Source: an uncultured Parvularculaceae bacterium (GTDB lineage Bacteria; Pseudomonadota; Alphaproteobacteria; Caulobacterales; Parvularculaceae). From it: a stretch of DNA of 64,000 bases. The notes under the pieces are model-generated. The model worked only from the letters and a program-made list of their open reading frames with translations, did no database searches and was not told the origin of the DNA. The stretch is from the NCBI GenBank assembly GCA_963922595.1, contig CAWUIM010000009.1, forward strand, positions 5,075 through 69,074. Reading direction: 5' to 3'. Shown one piece after another: positions 9,900 to 18,846 of the stretch. The stretch's first letter is position 1; every line of letters starts with the position of its first letter. Position numbers and translations under genes: made by a program.

Positions 9900-11795
9900 A
9901 TGCTGGATTCCATTCGCGGCGCCATGAAGGGCGTCGTCATTTGGGTGTTTGTCGCTCTTCTTATTCTGGCGTTCGCCCTTTGGCAGGTGCCCGCGCTCCA
10001 GAGCTTTACGCAAAGCTCGCCAATCCGGGTCGGCGATCAGGGTGTCTCATCCTCCACGATCCTCGACGAATTCAGACGTGCGATGGATACCCAACGTATC
10101 CAAAGCGAGGGAGCCTTCACGCGCGACGACGCCATCGCCGCGGGCCTGCCCGGCCAGATCGTCCAGTCCCTCGCCATCCGTTCGCTGGTTACCCAGGAAG
10201 CGCAGAAAATGGGTCTCGCCATGCCGCGCAGCCTCGTCAAACAATTCCTTGATAATGACGAGCGTTTTCAAAACCCGCGCACGGGCGAGTTCGACCTGCA
10301 GGTGCTAACGCAAATTCTGCAAACGTATCAGATGTCCGTAAAAACTTTCGAAGAGCAAATGCGTGAAAACTTTCTGCGCGAACAATTGCTCACCTCAGTG
10401 CAGGGCGGCGGCTTCGTGGCGACGCCGTTCACCGACGCGCTTCTGTTGCGCGAGATTGAACGGCGCGAGATTTCGTACCTCACCATGACCGAAGAGATGG
10501 CCGGCATCCCGGAAGAGCCGACACCCGAAAAGCTGCGCCAATTCTACGAAGAAAACCCGCAGTCTTTTACCGCGCCCGAGTACCGTTCGTTCACGGTCGT
10601 CAGTATGCGCGAAAGCGATTTCAAGGAAGGCCTTGAAGCGCCGGAAGAAGAACTGAAGCGTCTGTACGACATTCAAAAAGACCGGGTTTACGACAAGCCG
10701 GAACGGCGCACGCTTTATCAGATCACCTATGACACCGAGGCCGCCGCGCAAGGCGCCGTCGCGGCGCTTAATCAGGCGACGCCCTTTGAAGCGGTCGCCG
10801 AAGAAAAAGGCCTGTCGCTCGACGCCGTCACCTTCACCGATGTGACCAAAGAAGACCTGCTCGATCCTGCTGTCGCTGAGGCCGCGTTTGATCCAGCGCT
10901 CGGCGAAGGCGGCGTCAGCGCGCCGGTTAAAGGTCTGTTCGGCTGGACCGTGATCCAGATCGCCACTGTGACGGCGCCGGAAACGCAATCCTTCGAAGAC
11001 GTGCGCGAAGAGCTGGAGAGCGCCTACCTCGAACAGGACACGCAAAAACGTCTCTACGACGCCATTGACGCCATCGAGGAAGCCCGCGACAGCGGCGCGG
11101 ACCTCGTGGCTGCCGCTGAAGCCGCAGGCCTGACGGCGCAAACATTCGGCCCTGTGGATTCATTCTCCTTCGCGCCAGGCGGCGCCATCATCAACGGCAT
11201 TGACGGCGAAACGCTTGGCGAGGCCTTTCGTCTGGAAGAAGGCGAGGAATCCGAGGCCGAAGAATATGCCGACAAGGACGGCTATTATTTTGTCGCCGTA
11301 AACGAGATCACGCCGCCGACGCTCACCCCATTCGAAACGGCCGAAGCCGACGTCGAGGCGCGCTGGCGGATTGATGAGCGCTCGCGCCGGATCGCGCGTG
11401 CGGTGAAACAGGTGGAAGATGCGCTCGCCGCCGGGGCGACGATTGACGAGGCCGCAGCGCCCTTCAACGCCGAACCCGTTTCGGAAACCGTCACGCGCCA
11501 ATCCAAAACCGGCGATTTCTCCAACACGCTCGTGACAGAGCTTTTCCGCGTCGAGAAAGGCGCCGTCGTCTCGGGCGCCGCCGCCACTGGCGATGAACAG
11601 ACAGTGCTTGTCGTCAACGAGATCGACTTCAACCGCATCGCCATCGGCCCTGGCCAGGAAATCGCGTTCAAGCAATATGTGGGCGCGCAACTGGATCAGG
11701 AATATGTGGACGCTTACCTGACGGCGCTTCAGGACGACTATAATGTGCGCATTGATCAGGAACAGATCGACGCGTTGTTCACGAACCAGCAATGA
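9900..11795 (+). CDS. periplasmic chaperone / peptidyl-prolyl isomerase PpiD-like (SurA N-terminal domain protein)
   Basis: 631 aa with a single N-terminal TM helix and a long periplasmic body. Its position between tpiA and trpE is typical for alphaproteobacteria. The stop overlaps the trpE start (ATGA). Confidence 0.75.
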   Translation: MLDSIRGAMKGVVIWVFVALLILAFALWQVPALQSFTQSSPIRVGDQGVSSSTILDEFRRAMDTQRIQSEGAFTRDDAIAAGLPGQIVQSLAIRSLVTQEAQKMGLAMPRSLVKQFLDNDERFQNPRTGEFDLQVLTQILQTYQMSVKTFEEQMRENFLREQLLTSVQGGGFVATPFTDALLLREIERREISYLTMTEEMAGIPEEPTPEKLRQFYEENPQSFTAPEYRSFTVVSMRESDFKEGLEAPEEELKRLYDIQKDRVYDKPERRTLYQITYDTEAAAQGAVAALNQATPFEAVAEEKGLSLDAVTFTDVTKEDLLDPAVAEAAFDPALGEGGVSAPVKGLFGWTVIQIATVTAPETQSFEDVREELESAYLEQDTQKRLYDAIDAIEEARDSGADLVAAAEAAGLTAQTFGPVDSFSFAPGGAIINGIDGETLGEAFRLEEGEESEAEEYADKDGYYFVAVNEITPPTLTPFETAEADVEARWRIDERSRRIARAVKQVEDALAAGATIDEAAAPFNAEPVSETVTRQSKTGDFSNTLVTELFRVEKGAVVSGAAATGDEQTVLVVNEIDFNRIAIGPGQEIAFKQYVGAQLDQEYVDAYLTALQDDYNVRIDQEQIDALFTNQQ

Positions 11796-13297
11796 CGGTT
11801 GAACCCGCTTTTGACGCCTTTCAGACGGGGTACGACGCCGGCGCGGCGCAGATCATCACGACACGGATTGTCAGCGATCTGGAAACGCCTGTCTCCGCCT
11901 ATCTGAAGCTTGCGGCGCGGCGCAAGAATGCGTTTCTGCTGGAATCGGTGGAAGGCGGTGAGCAACTCGGCCGTTATTCGATCATCGGGCTTAAGCCCGA
12001 CATCATCTGGCGGGCCCATGGCGACAGAGCGGAAATCAACCGCGACGCCACCTCTGATGAGAACGCGTTTGTGGAGGAGCAATCGGCGCCGCTTGAAAGC
12101 CTGAAAGCGCTGCTCGATGAGTCCCGCATTGACCTGCCCGGCGACGCCCCGCCAATGGCCGCGGGTGTGTTCGGTTATTTCGGGTATGATCTTGTCCGTC
12201 AGATCGAGCGCCTGCCGAACAGGCCGCCGGCCGCCGTCGATGCGCCCGATGCAATCTTCATCCGCCCGACGCTGATCGCCGTTTTCGATAACATCAAACA
12301 AGAGATCATTCTGGTGGCGCCTGTGCGACCGGAAGCTGGCGTTAGCGCCCGCGCGGCTTACGCGCGCGCCGCAGAACGTCTCTCCGACGCAGTTACGGAC
12401 CTGTCAGCGCCAGTCGCCGCGCCGCGGGCGCCGAGCACGCAACCAACCGATGAAATCGAGGCCATCTCAAATACACCGCAAGCGGACTATCTGGCGATGG
12501 TCAAAAAAGCGCAGGAAGAAATATACGCCGGTGAAATCTTTCAGGTTGTCCTGAGCCAGCGATTTGAGACGCCGTTCAAGGCGGCGCCGTTTGATCTTTA
12601 TCGGTCATTGCGGCGTCTTAACCCCTCGCCGTTCTTGTTTTTTCTGAATTTTGACGACCTTGCCCTTGTGGGCTCCAGCCCTGAAATTCTGGTGCGCGTG
12701 CGCGACGGCGAAATCACCATTCGCCCGATCGCAGGCACGCGGAAGCGCGGCGCAACGCCGGAAGAAGACAAGGCGCTGCAAGAAGATCTTCTCGCTGATC
12801 CGAAAGAGCGCGCCGAACATTTGATGCTGCTCGACCTTGGCCGCAATGATGTGGGACGCGCGGCGCGCTATGGGAGCGTCAAGGTCACCGACCAATTCAT
12901 TGTCGAGCGTTACAGCCATGTGATGCATATTGTCTCCAACGTCACAGGCCAGTTGGCGGACGACGCCGATCCGGTCGACGCGGTGATGGCGGGTTTCCCG
13001 GCGGGCACCGTCACGGGCGCGCCCAAGGTCCGCGCCATGGAGATTATCGACGCCCTCGAACGCGACGGCCGCGGGCCCTATGGCGGGTGCATCGGTTATT
13101 TCTCCGCAGACGGTAATGTAGACACCTGCATTGCACTGCGCACGGCGGTCCTCAAAGACGACAAAATGTATGTTCAGGCCGGCGCCGGCATCGTCGCCGA
13201 CAGCAATCCGCAGGCTGAACATGAGGAATGCGTGAACAAATCCAAAGCCCTCTTCGCCGCCGCGAAAGCGGCCGTGGCGGCTTCGGAGGGAAATTGA
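11792..13297 (+). CDS. trpE: anthranilate synthase component I
   Basis: 501 aa with LESVEGG, SPEILVRV, GTRKRG, the ERAEHLMLLDLGRNDVGR region and GAPKVRAMEII chorismate-binding motifs. Confidence 0.95.
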   Translation: MTVEPAFDAFQTGYDAGAAQIITTRIVSDLETPVSAYLKLAARRKNAFLLESVEGGEQLGRYSIIGLKPDIIWRAHGDRAEINRDATSDENAFVEEQSAPLESLKALLDESRIDLPGDAPPMAAGVFGYFGYDLVRQIERLPNRPPAAVDAPDAIFIRPTLIAVFDNIKQEIILVAPVRPEAGVSARAAYARAAERLSDAVTDLSAPVAAPRAPSTQPTDEIEAISNTPQADYLAMVKKAQEEIYAGEIFQVVLSQRFETPFKAAPFDLYRSLRRLNPSPFLFFLNFDDLALVGSSPEILVRVRDGEITIRPIAGTRKRGATPEEDKALQEDLLADPKERAEHLMLLDLGRNDVGRAARYGSVKVTDQFIVERYSHVMHIVSNVTGQLADDADPVDAVMAGFPAGTVTGAPKVRAMEIIDALERDGRGPYGGCIGYFSADGNVDTCIALRTAVLKDDKMYVQAGAGIVADSNPQAEHEECVNKSKALFAAAKAAVAASEGN

Positions 13298-13298
13298 T

Positions 13299-14033
13299 TT
13301 GCCGAAAATTTCTACGCCGCGCTTTTTAAAGAATGTCGTTGAGCGCCTGAAGCGCAATCGAAAGAGGCGGGATAAACCGCCGCCGCCTACGCAGGCGCGC
13401 AAGTCAGATTGGCTCGTCTTTGAAAAGGACGGCTACGCGCTTGACCGCACGAACCTACTCTATGTTCTGTCTCCGATTATCCTTAATCTGGGTCTCGTGA
13501 TTTTCTTTGCGGTTTTCCCCAAACTCGCTGTCGCTTCGCCAGTCACAACCTTCTCCTTCGCACTCGCCTCCGCCGTGGCGACAATCGTGTCGTTTATTCC
13601 CGCCTTCAACGAAGAGATATCAGACGGTCTCGCTTTTACAGGACTTGTTTTGAACGGCGTGCTTCTGATCGTCGTATTCGCGTTGATACATTTGGCGTAC
13701 GGAAGTTCGCAAATTGACATGCAAAGCGTCACGGCGCCTGTCGGCTTTTGGAATTGTCTCTATTTCTCAATCGTAACCTTTACAACGCTTGGTTATGGCG
13801 ATTTCCAGCCGGCGCCGCCGATCCGATTACTGGCTGGGTTGGAGGCGTTGATGGGGTATGTATTTCTCGGCTTCGTGGTGGCCAACGCCAATGACTGGAT
13901 GAGCGACACAACAAAAAAAGCCCCAAAGCAATGGGACTTTAAAGACATTGTTAACGGTGTTTTCCGGCGCCGTTCAAAGCGGCGAACCGGTTCAGAAGAT
14001 CAATCCGACGATACCGATCAGGACGAAAAGTAA
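13299..14033 (+). CDS. potassium channel family protein (Ion_trans_2-type pore)
   Basis: Selectivity filter FTTLGYGD flanked by TM helices. Several upstream TM segments and a basic N-terminus. It starts (TTG) 2 nt after the trpE stop. Visibly lower GC than trpE. Confidence 0.8.
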   Translation: MPKISTPRFLKNVVERLKRNRKRRDKPPPPTQARKSDWLVFEKDGYALDRTNLLYVLSPIILNLGLVIFFAVFPKLAVASPVTTFSFALASAVATIVSFIPAFNEEISDGLAFTGLVLNGVLLIVVFALIHLAYGSSQIDMQSVTAPVGFWNCLYFSIVTFTTLGYGDFQPAPPIRLLAGLEALMGYVFLGFVVANANDWMSDTTKKAPKQWDFKDIVNGVFRRRSKRRTGSEDQSDDTDQDEK

Positions 14034-14096
14034 CATCACCCCTGCGAATGTTGCGTTCGCGGGATGCGCTTCCAATGATGTGATCAATTCACGCAT
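13992..14096 (-). CDS. candidate 34-aa small membrane protein, antisense-overlapping the channel 3' end
   Basis: My manual translation gives MRELITSLEAHPANATFAGVMLLFVLIGIVGLIF*. AGGAGGA (14101-14107, minus strand) lies 4 nt upstream of the ATG at 14096. The hydrophobic helix is antisense to the channel's acidic tail, so it may be a mirror artefact. Confidence 0.3.
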   Translation of the reverse strand: MRELITSLEAHPANATFAGVMLLFVLIGIVGLIF

Positions 14097-14280
14097 TTCG
14101 TCCTCCTGATGAATATTCTTCTGCCTCAAAAGCGGTTGAAAAACAAGATTAATTTTGGGTTTCACGCCACCTTACTCTGACACAGAGATGGGGTTTTTAT
14201 TCGATAATTCAATCCCATATATCGGTTTTAATGCATTCCACTTGCGTTTCAAAGTCAGCAATAAAGCGGGGCCACCTACC

Positions 14281-15000
14281 ATGCCAGATCAGACAATTGA
14301 GATGCCCACTGGCGTGAAGAGACCTTCCGGCTTTTCCCGGCTGCGCGAACTCGCTTCACCTCTTGAGATCGCCGCCGGCGTTCGCCGCGCGGGCGCCTTG
14401 CGCGATGCGCCGGCGGGCGACGGCAGGCCCGTTGTTCTCGTCCCCGGCTATCTCGCCATTGACGCCTCGATGACGCCGATGAGCCGGTTTCTGAAATCCA
14501 TTGGTTACCAGACGTTCGCATCCGGGCTCGGCTACAATGCAGGCGACGTAGACAAAGACGTCGCGCGCACCGGCGCGCGCGTCGAAGAGGTCCAGGCGCG
14601 CAACGACGGCGCGCCGGTGACAATCATCGGCTGGAGCCTCGGCGGCGTTATCGCCAGAGAAACGGCGCGGCTTTTTTCAGACAGTGTGCGCGAGGTCATT
14701 ACGCTTGGGACGCCCATTATCGGCGGTCCGAAATATACGTCGGTCGGACCAATCTACGCCCGCCTCAATAATCTCGATATGGATGAATTCGAGAAGGAAG
14801 TGCACCGGCGCAATTCCATCGGCCTGTCGCAGCCGCTGACGTCGATCTACAGCAAATCGGACGGTGTTGTGGGCTGGGAAGCATCCGTCGATGTCTACAA
14901 TCCGCAGACCCGCAATATCGAAGTGACCGGATCGCATTTTTCGCTGGGACTGAACCCGAAAGTCTGGCGGATCATCGCCGATATACTTGCGCAAGAATAA
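14281..15000 (+). CDS. alpha/beta hydrolase (lipase/esterase-like)
   Basis: VVLVPGY oxyanion-loop region and GWSLGG nucleophile elbow. I chose the ATG at 14281; the track ORF begins at a TTG at 14155. The start is uncertain. Confidence 0.7.
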   Translation: MPDQTIEMPTGVKRPSGFSRLRELASPLEIAAGVRRAGALRDAPAGDGRPVVLVPGYLAIDASMTPMSRFLKSIGYQTFASGLGYNAGDVDKDVARTGARVEEVQARNDGAPVTIIGWSLGGVIARETARLFSDSVREVITLGTPIIGGPKYTSVGPIYARLNNLDMDEFEKEVHRRNSIGLSQPLTSIYSKSDGVVGWEASVDVYNPQTRNIEVTGSHFSLGLNPKVWRIIADILAQE

Positions 15001-15024
15001 CAAACCGGCGTTCGCGTTCACTTT

Positions 15025-15037
15025 GTGATAGTATCAC
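15025..15037. promoter_or_regulatory. perfect palindrome GTGATA-G-TATCAC upstream of the first DUF2946-like gene (candidate Fur-family operator)
   Basis: 6+1+6 perfect inverted repeat 57 nt upstream of the GTG at 15094. A related GTGATATCA core precedes the paralog. A Fur-family regulator is encoded downstream. Confidence 0.3.
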
Positions 15038-15093
15038 TCGACTGAAAGTGATTATTTCGGTGGTGAAAGCTAAATAGCAGGCCTGCTTCCATC

Positions 15094-15402
15094 GTGAACC
15101 CTTTGAAAGCAATTCCGGGAACATCGGCCCTCAAAGTAGGGTGTGTTTTCGCTATTGTCGGCCTCATCGCGACCCAACTCGTCGCGGCGGCGCATGATGG
15201 CGGCGACCATGACGCCCACGATCTGCATAACTGCGGCGTCTGCGTCATCGCCGCCGCTGTCGATGATGACGCGATGGGCGGCGATCCCTGCGCCGCGGCG
15301 CCTCTTCAAACGTTTTTCGTTCAAGCCGTCCCGATAGGACAATCTATCGCCACGAACGGCCGCCCGACGCGGTTAAGCAACCGCGGTCCCCCGAACGCCT
15401 GA
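15094..15402 (+). CDS. DUF2946-like small membrane protein (His/Cys-rich, putative metal-binding)
   Basis: It has an N-terminal TM helix, then AAAHDGGDHDAHDLHNCGVC and a C-terminal ...NRGPP. This is the same architecture as the paralog at 15766. It matches my recollection of DUF2946 (CxxC plus a terminal RxPP). There is no obvious SD. Confidence 0.5.
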   Translation: MNPLKAIPGTSALKVGCVFAIVGLIATQLVAAAHDGGDHDAHDLHNCGVCVIAAAVDDDAMGGDPCAAAPLQTFFVQAVPIGQSIATNGRPTRLSNRGPPNA

Positions 15403-15502
15403 CGCTGGGCGGCTGGCTGTCGCCGCTTCGAGCTTTTCGAATTCACACAAATTTTGCAGTTTCGGCGTCGCTACTGTGAGCTAGAGCCGCCGCCGAAGAA
15501 CG

Positions 15503-15541
15503 CTGTCTGGGCGTCTAATTTCCTCTGGGACGCCCAGACAG
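15503..15541 (+). terminator. 13-bp GC-rich hairpin with a U/C-rich loop, likely terminator after the first DUF2946-like gene
   Basis: CTGTCTGGGCGTC (15503-15515), loop TAATTTCCTCTGG, GACGCCCAGACAG (15529-15541), followed by TTTCGTTGTG. Confidence 0.45.
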
Positions 15542-15745
15542 TTTCGTTGTGCGCTTGAAAAAAAATTTCTCATTCTGACAGTCCCATGCTCCGACCGATC
15601 CTTGAGTATGCGAGCACCGAAAACGTATCGGCTGATGATCAAGCATTGTGTATTTTCCCCTCCAATACGCACAATGTGACTGACGGCGCGGCGGCTTTCG
15701 ATTGATCACTCAAACAGCACCACTTGCTATTTTGAAAGATTGATC

Positions 15746-15761
15746 GAATGTGATATCATTC
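15746..15761. promoter_or_regulatory. imperfect palindrome GAATGTGATATCATTC just upstream of the second DUF2946-like gene
   Basis: 6 of 8 positions pair. The core TGATATCA is a perfect palindrome. It shares the GTGATA half-site with 15025-15037 and ends 5 nt before the ATG at 15766. Confidence 0.25.
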
Positions 15762-15765
15762 TGCT

Positions 15766-16089
15766 ATGACATCTCGGCGGGGCATTGGAAATCGACTGCA
15801 AACGGATCAATTTTCTATCCGGTTTCTGCTCGTCATCGTTTGCGCTTTCTTCACCGTAAACGCTTCTTACGCCGCGGTTCACGATCACGCTGAGCACGAC
15901 GCTGAATATGGCGCGGATTGCGTCACGTGTTCGGCGCAATGCGCAAAGGCGTCACCAACTGACGCGTTTGAATATGCCGTCTCGGAGGTCCTGCTTTACA
16001 GGTTGAAGCCGGAGTCTCTTTCGTTTGTCAGCCGTCATCATTCGGGGCCGCGTTCTGCGCGAGCGCCGCCCCGCGAAACCTGCATCTAA
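15766..16089 (+). CDS. DUF2946-like small membrane protein, paralog of 15094-15402
   Basis: It has a TM helix, then AAVHDHAEHDAEYGADCVTC and a C-terminal ...SARAPP. It aligns to the first copy as AAxHDxxxHDAx5CxxC ... R(G/A)PP. Confidence 0.5.
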   Translation: MTSRRGIGNRLQTDQFSIRFLLVIVCAFFTVNASYAAVHDHAEHDAEYGADCVTCSAQCAKASPTDAFEYAVSEVLLYRLKPESLSFVSRHHSGPRSARAPPRETCI

Positions 16090-16129
16090 AGCGTTTCTTG
16101 TCGCGCTCGCGCGACATTTGCAGGAGAGA

Positions 16130-16588
16130 ATGATGGGAATTCAAATGAAAGCCCCCCTTGAAGGGATGGGCGAGTTAGATGTCGTTTCACAAAAAGCCGC
16201 GATAGCGCCGGCGGATCTGCGGCAGAATGAGCGCCACGTCTATGTCGCGCTCTGTGAGGCCGGGGCCCCGCAAAAGGCTTATGATCTGCTTGAAGATTTG
16301 AGAGACAAGGGATTGCGCTCGCCGATGACGATCTATCGTGCGCTGGACTCCCTTATGGCGCGCGGCCACGTCCGGAAAATAGAAAGCATCAACGCCTTCG
16401 TGCCGGTGCGGCCTGACATGTCAGATCAGGCGATGGCGTTCCTGATTTGCAAAAAATGCCGCCGGACAAAAGAAATCGTCCTCGACGGCGCGCGCGTTAC
16501 GGGATTGTTCGAGCGCCTTCCGGTCTCACTCGCCGACATCCACATTGAGGCGTTCGCTGACTGCGAGGACATTTGCGCCGGCGATTGA
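16130..16588 (+). CDS. Fur family transcriptional regulator (Zur-like)
   Basis: MTIYRALDSLMARGHVRKIESINAFVP is the Fur/Zur winged-helix signature. It also has CKKC and CEDIC pairs. AGGAGA precedes the ATG at 16130; the track ORF starts upstream at 16025. Confidence 0.8.
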   Translation: MMGIQMKAPLEGMGELDVVSQKAAIAPADLRQNERHVYVALCEAGAPQKAYDLLEDLRDKGLRSPMTIYRALDSLMARGHVRKIESINAFVPVRPDMSDQAMAFLICKKCRRTKEIVLDGARVTGLFERLPVSLADIHIEAFADCEDICAGD

Positions 16589-16631
16589 CAATCCATCTTC
16601 GGCATTAAAGGAAACGTACTCCAAGCGCGCG

Positions 16632-17528
16632 CTAACGCGGCGAAAATTTGTAAGCCAGGATCTTGTACGCCAGCTTCGCCGCCAGGAAATCGCAGGCGTG
16701 GAGCGCCGGGTGCGGCGCCAGCTCGTTGATGTCCGCGCCGACCCAGGTGGAGATTTCTGACGCGCGCTTCAGGATCGGCATGACATCGTCCCAGAACAGC
16801 CCGCCCGGCTCCGGCGTGCCCGTGGCTGGCATCAGGCTTGCGTCAAACCCATCAAGATCGAACGTCACATAGACGGGCCGTCCGCGCAGCGGCGCCAGCA
16901 TCTCCTCAATGTTCCAATGGCGTTTATCCTTCGCCCAATGGATATGGATGCGGTGACGGTTCGCTTCCAGAAACGGAATTTCACTGGCGGATATATTCCG
17001 GATACCGACGGAGACGATCGATAAATCCGGCGCGTCGAGGCAACGCCGGATCGCCGCCGCGTGGCTGTAATGTTCGCCGAGATAGCCATCGCGCAAATCT
17101 GCATGCGCGTCGAAATGCAGTAACGCAAGATCAGGGTATTGTTCGATGAACGGGCGAAGCGCGCCCGGCGTAATAGAGTGTTCGCCGCCGAATACCAACG
17201 GAAACGCGCCTTGCGCGAGCGCTTGCCCGGTGAGACCCGCCAGGTGCTCAAGCGCGTCCTCAATTTTTGTCGGAATTTGCGTTTGTTTCCAAGTCTCTAG
17301 GCGGAAATCCTGGCATGGCTCGCACCACAATTCTTCGTCAAAGAGCTCAACTTCCGGCGACGCTGCGATCATCGCCGCAGGTCCCTCGCTCGTGCCGCCG
17401 CCATAGGTGACACTTGCTTCCAACCCAAAGGGAATGACGACCGCTTTTGGTTTATCAGCACCCGCACGATCTTCCGGCGCGAGTTTCAAAAACCCCTCTT
17501 CCGGCGGCAGGGTTTCGGGTTCGCTCAC
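16632..17528 (-). CDS. speB: agmatinase (arginase/ureohydrolase family)
   Basis: GGEHSITPG, HFDAHADLRD and VTFDLDGFDAS Mn-binding motifs. The start overlaps the speE stop by 4 nt. Confidence 0.88.
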   Translation of the reverse strand: MSEPETLPPEEGFLKLAPEDRAGADKPKAVVIPFGLEASVTYGGGTSEGPAAMIAASPEVELFDEELWCEPCQDFRLETWKQTQIPTKIEDALEHLAGLTGQALAQGAFPLVFGGEHSITPGALRPFIEQYPDLALLHFDAHADLRDGYLGEHYSHAAAIRRCLDAPDLSIVSVGIRNISASEIPFLEANRHRIHIHWAKDKRHWNIEEMLAPLRGRPVYVTFDLDGFDASLMPATGTPEPGGLFWDDVMPILKRASEISTWVGADINELAPHPALHACDFLAAKLAYKILAYKFSPR

Positions 17529-18442
17529 GCTTCAATCAGCCCTTCGGCGAGCAATTTCTCCGCATGCGGCAGCATCTCGCGTACATAGGACGGCAACTGA
17601 AAAGCGGACCGATGATGACCTGGCGTATAATACTTACAGGTTAAGTCCGCCGCCGCTTTACGCGCCGCGAGCGCAACGGTCGCCGGCGCCACGAGCGCGG
17701 CGTCATCAGTGGCGAACCCGAGGATCATCGGCCCGCCCCAAAAGCTCGGCACTACAATTTGAAAACCGGTCGCATAAGCGAATATTTCCGAAAGCGCGCC
17801 GAACGCGTCGGTGAATTCTTTCGCCTGTACAAACGGCAGGCCGCTTTGCGTCACGAGAACGCCGCCCGGCGCCAGCGCGCGGTGACACCCGCGATAAAAT
17901 TCTTCGGTGAATAACACCGCGCCCGGACCGACGGGATCGGTAGAATCGACAATGATCATGTCGAAACGCTCGTCGGTCTCAGCGACAAACTTCGCCCCGT
18001 CGCCGATGACGAGGTTGAGCCGTGGGTCGTCGAAGGCGCCGTCCGCCACCATGGGCATCCATTGCGCGCAAAGATCGATCACCGCCTTGTCGATCTCCAC
18101 GAGCGTTACGGCTTCGATCGTCTTGTGGCGAAATAACTCGCGGATCGCTCCGCCGTCGCCGCCGCCGACAATCAGAACGCGCTTGACGCCGCCATGGGCG
18201 AGCGCGCCCACATGGGTGATCATTTCGTGATAGATGAACTCATCCGCTTCCGCGACCTGCACCACATTATCAATGGCAAGCATGCGGCCGAATACGTCAT
18301 TCTCAAAGACCAGAATATTCTGGTGTTCAGAATTGTCCGCATAAAGCATTTTATTAACGCGGAACATGCCGCCGGCGGCGCCCTGCCAGATCTCGTGGAA
18401 CCAGTCGCCGCCCGCCGCTTTGACGATATTAGGCGCGCTCAC
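17525..18442 (-). CDS. speE: spermidine synthase (polyamine aminopropyltransferase)
   Basis: VLIVGGGDGGAIRE and DMIIVDSTDPVGPG motifs. 305 aa. Confidence 0.92.
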   Translation of the reverse strand: MSAPNIVKAAGGDWFHEIWQGAAGGMFRVNKMLYADNSEHQNILVFENDVFGRMLAIDNVVQVAEADEFIYHEMITHVGALAHGGVKRVLIVGGGDGGAIRELFRHKTIEAVTLVEIDKAVIDLCAQWMPMVADGAFDDPRLNLVIGDGAKFVAETDERFDMIIVDSTDPVGPGAVLFTEEFYRGCHRALAPGGVLVTQSGLPFVQAKEFTDAFGALSEIFAYATGFQIVVPSFWGGPMILGFATDDAALVAPATVALAARKAAADLTCKYYTPGHHRSAFQLPSYVREMLPHAEKLLAEGLIEA

Positions 18443-18846
18443 GCCGCCTCTCCGCCGCGCAGGAGGTTGTTCACCTCGACCCTCTCCGCCTCAAAGGCGT
18501 CCTTCAGGATCGGCACAGAAAGCTCCGGCTTCGCATCGCCGCACATGAAAACGTCGAGCGCCGCATAACCGCGCTCCGGCCAGGTGTGGATTGAGATATG
18601 GCTTTCAGACAGCACCGCGACGCCCGAGACGCCGTTCGGTTCGAACGCATGCAGATGAATGTGCAGGAGCGTCGCCCCGCACGCTTCGATGCACGCGAGA
18701 AAAGCTCTTTCAATCGCCGCCTGATCGTCGAGGTTTTTCGCGCCGTAAAGATCGATAATCAGGTGCCGGCCCGCATATTCCTTACCATCCACGGCGATGA
18801 AGTGATCGAGCGGCTTTGTGTTTGGCGTTTCAGCGTCAAACCCCAT
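18439..18846 (-). CDS. speH: S-adenosylmethionine decarboxylase proenzyme (small SpeH-type)
   Basis: LSESHISIHTWPE autoprocessing site. 135 aa. It overlaps both neighbours. Confidence 0.9.
   Translation of the reverse strand: MGFDAETPNTKPLDHFIAVDGKEYAGRHLIIDLYGAKNLDDQAAIERAFLACIEACGATLLHIHLHAFEPNGVSGVAVLSESHISIHTWPERGYAALDVFMCGDAKPELSVPILKDAFEAERVEVNNLLRGGEAA

Noticed and set aside
15481-15709. Two roughly 63-aa minus-strand ORFs in the AT-rich spacer, and a 39-codon plus-strand ORF (ATG in the 15586-15590 area).
   Set aside because: None has an SD, their composition is odd and Cys/Arg/His-rich, and none is recognisable as a family. I treat the spacer as non-coding.
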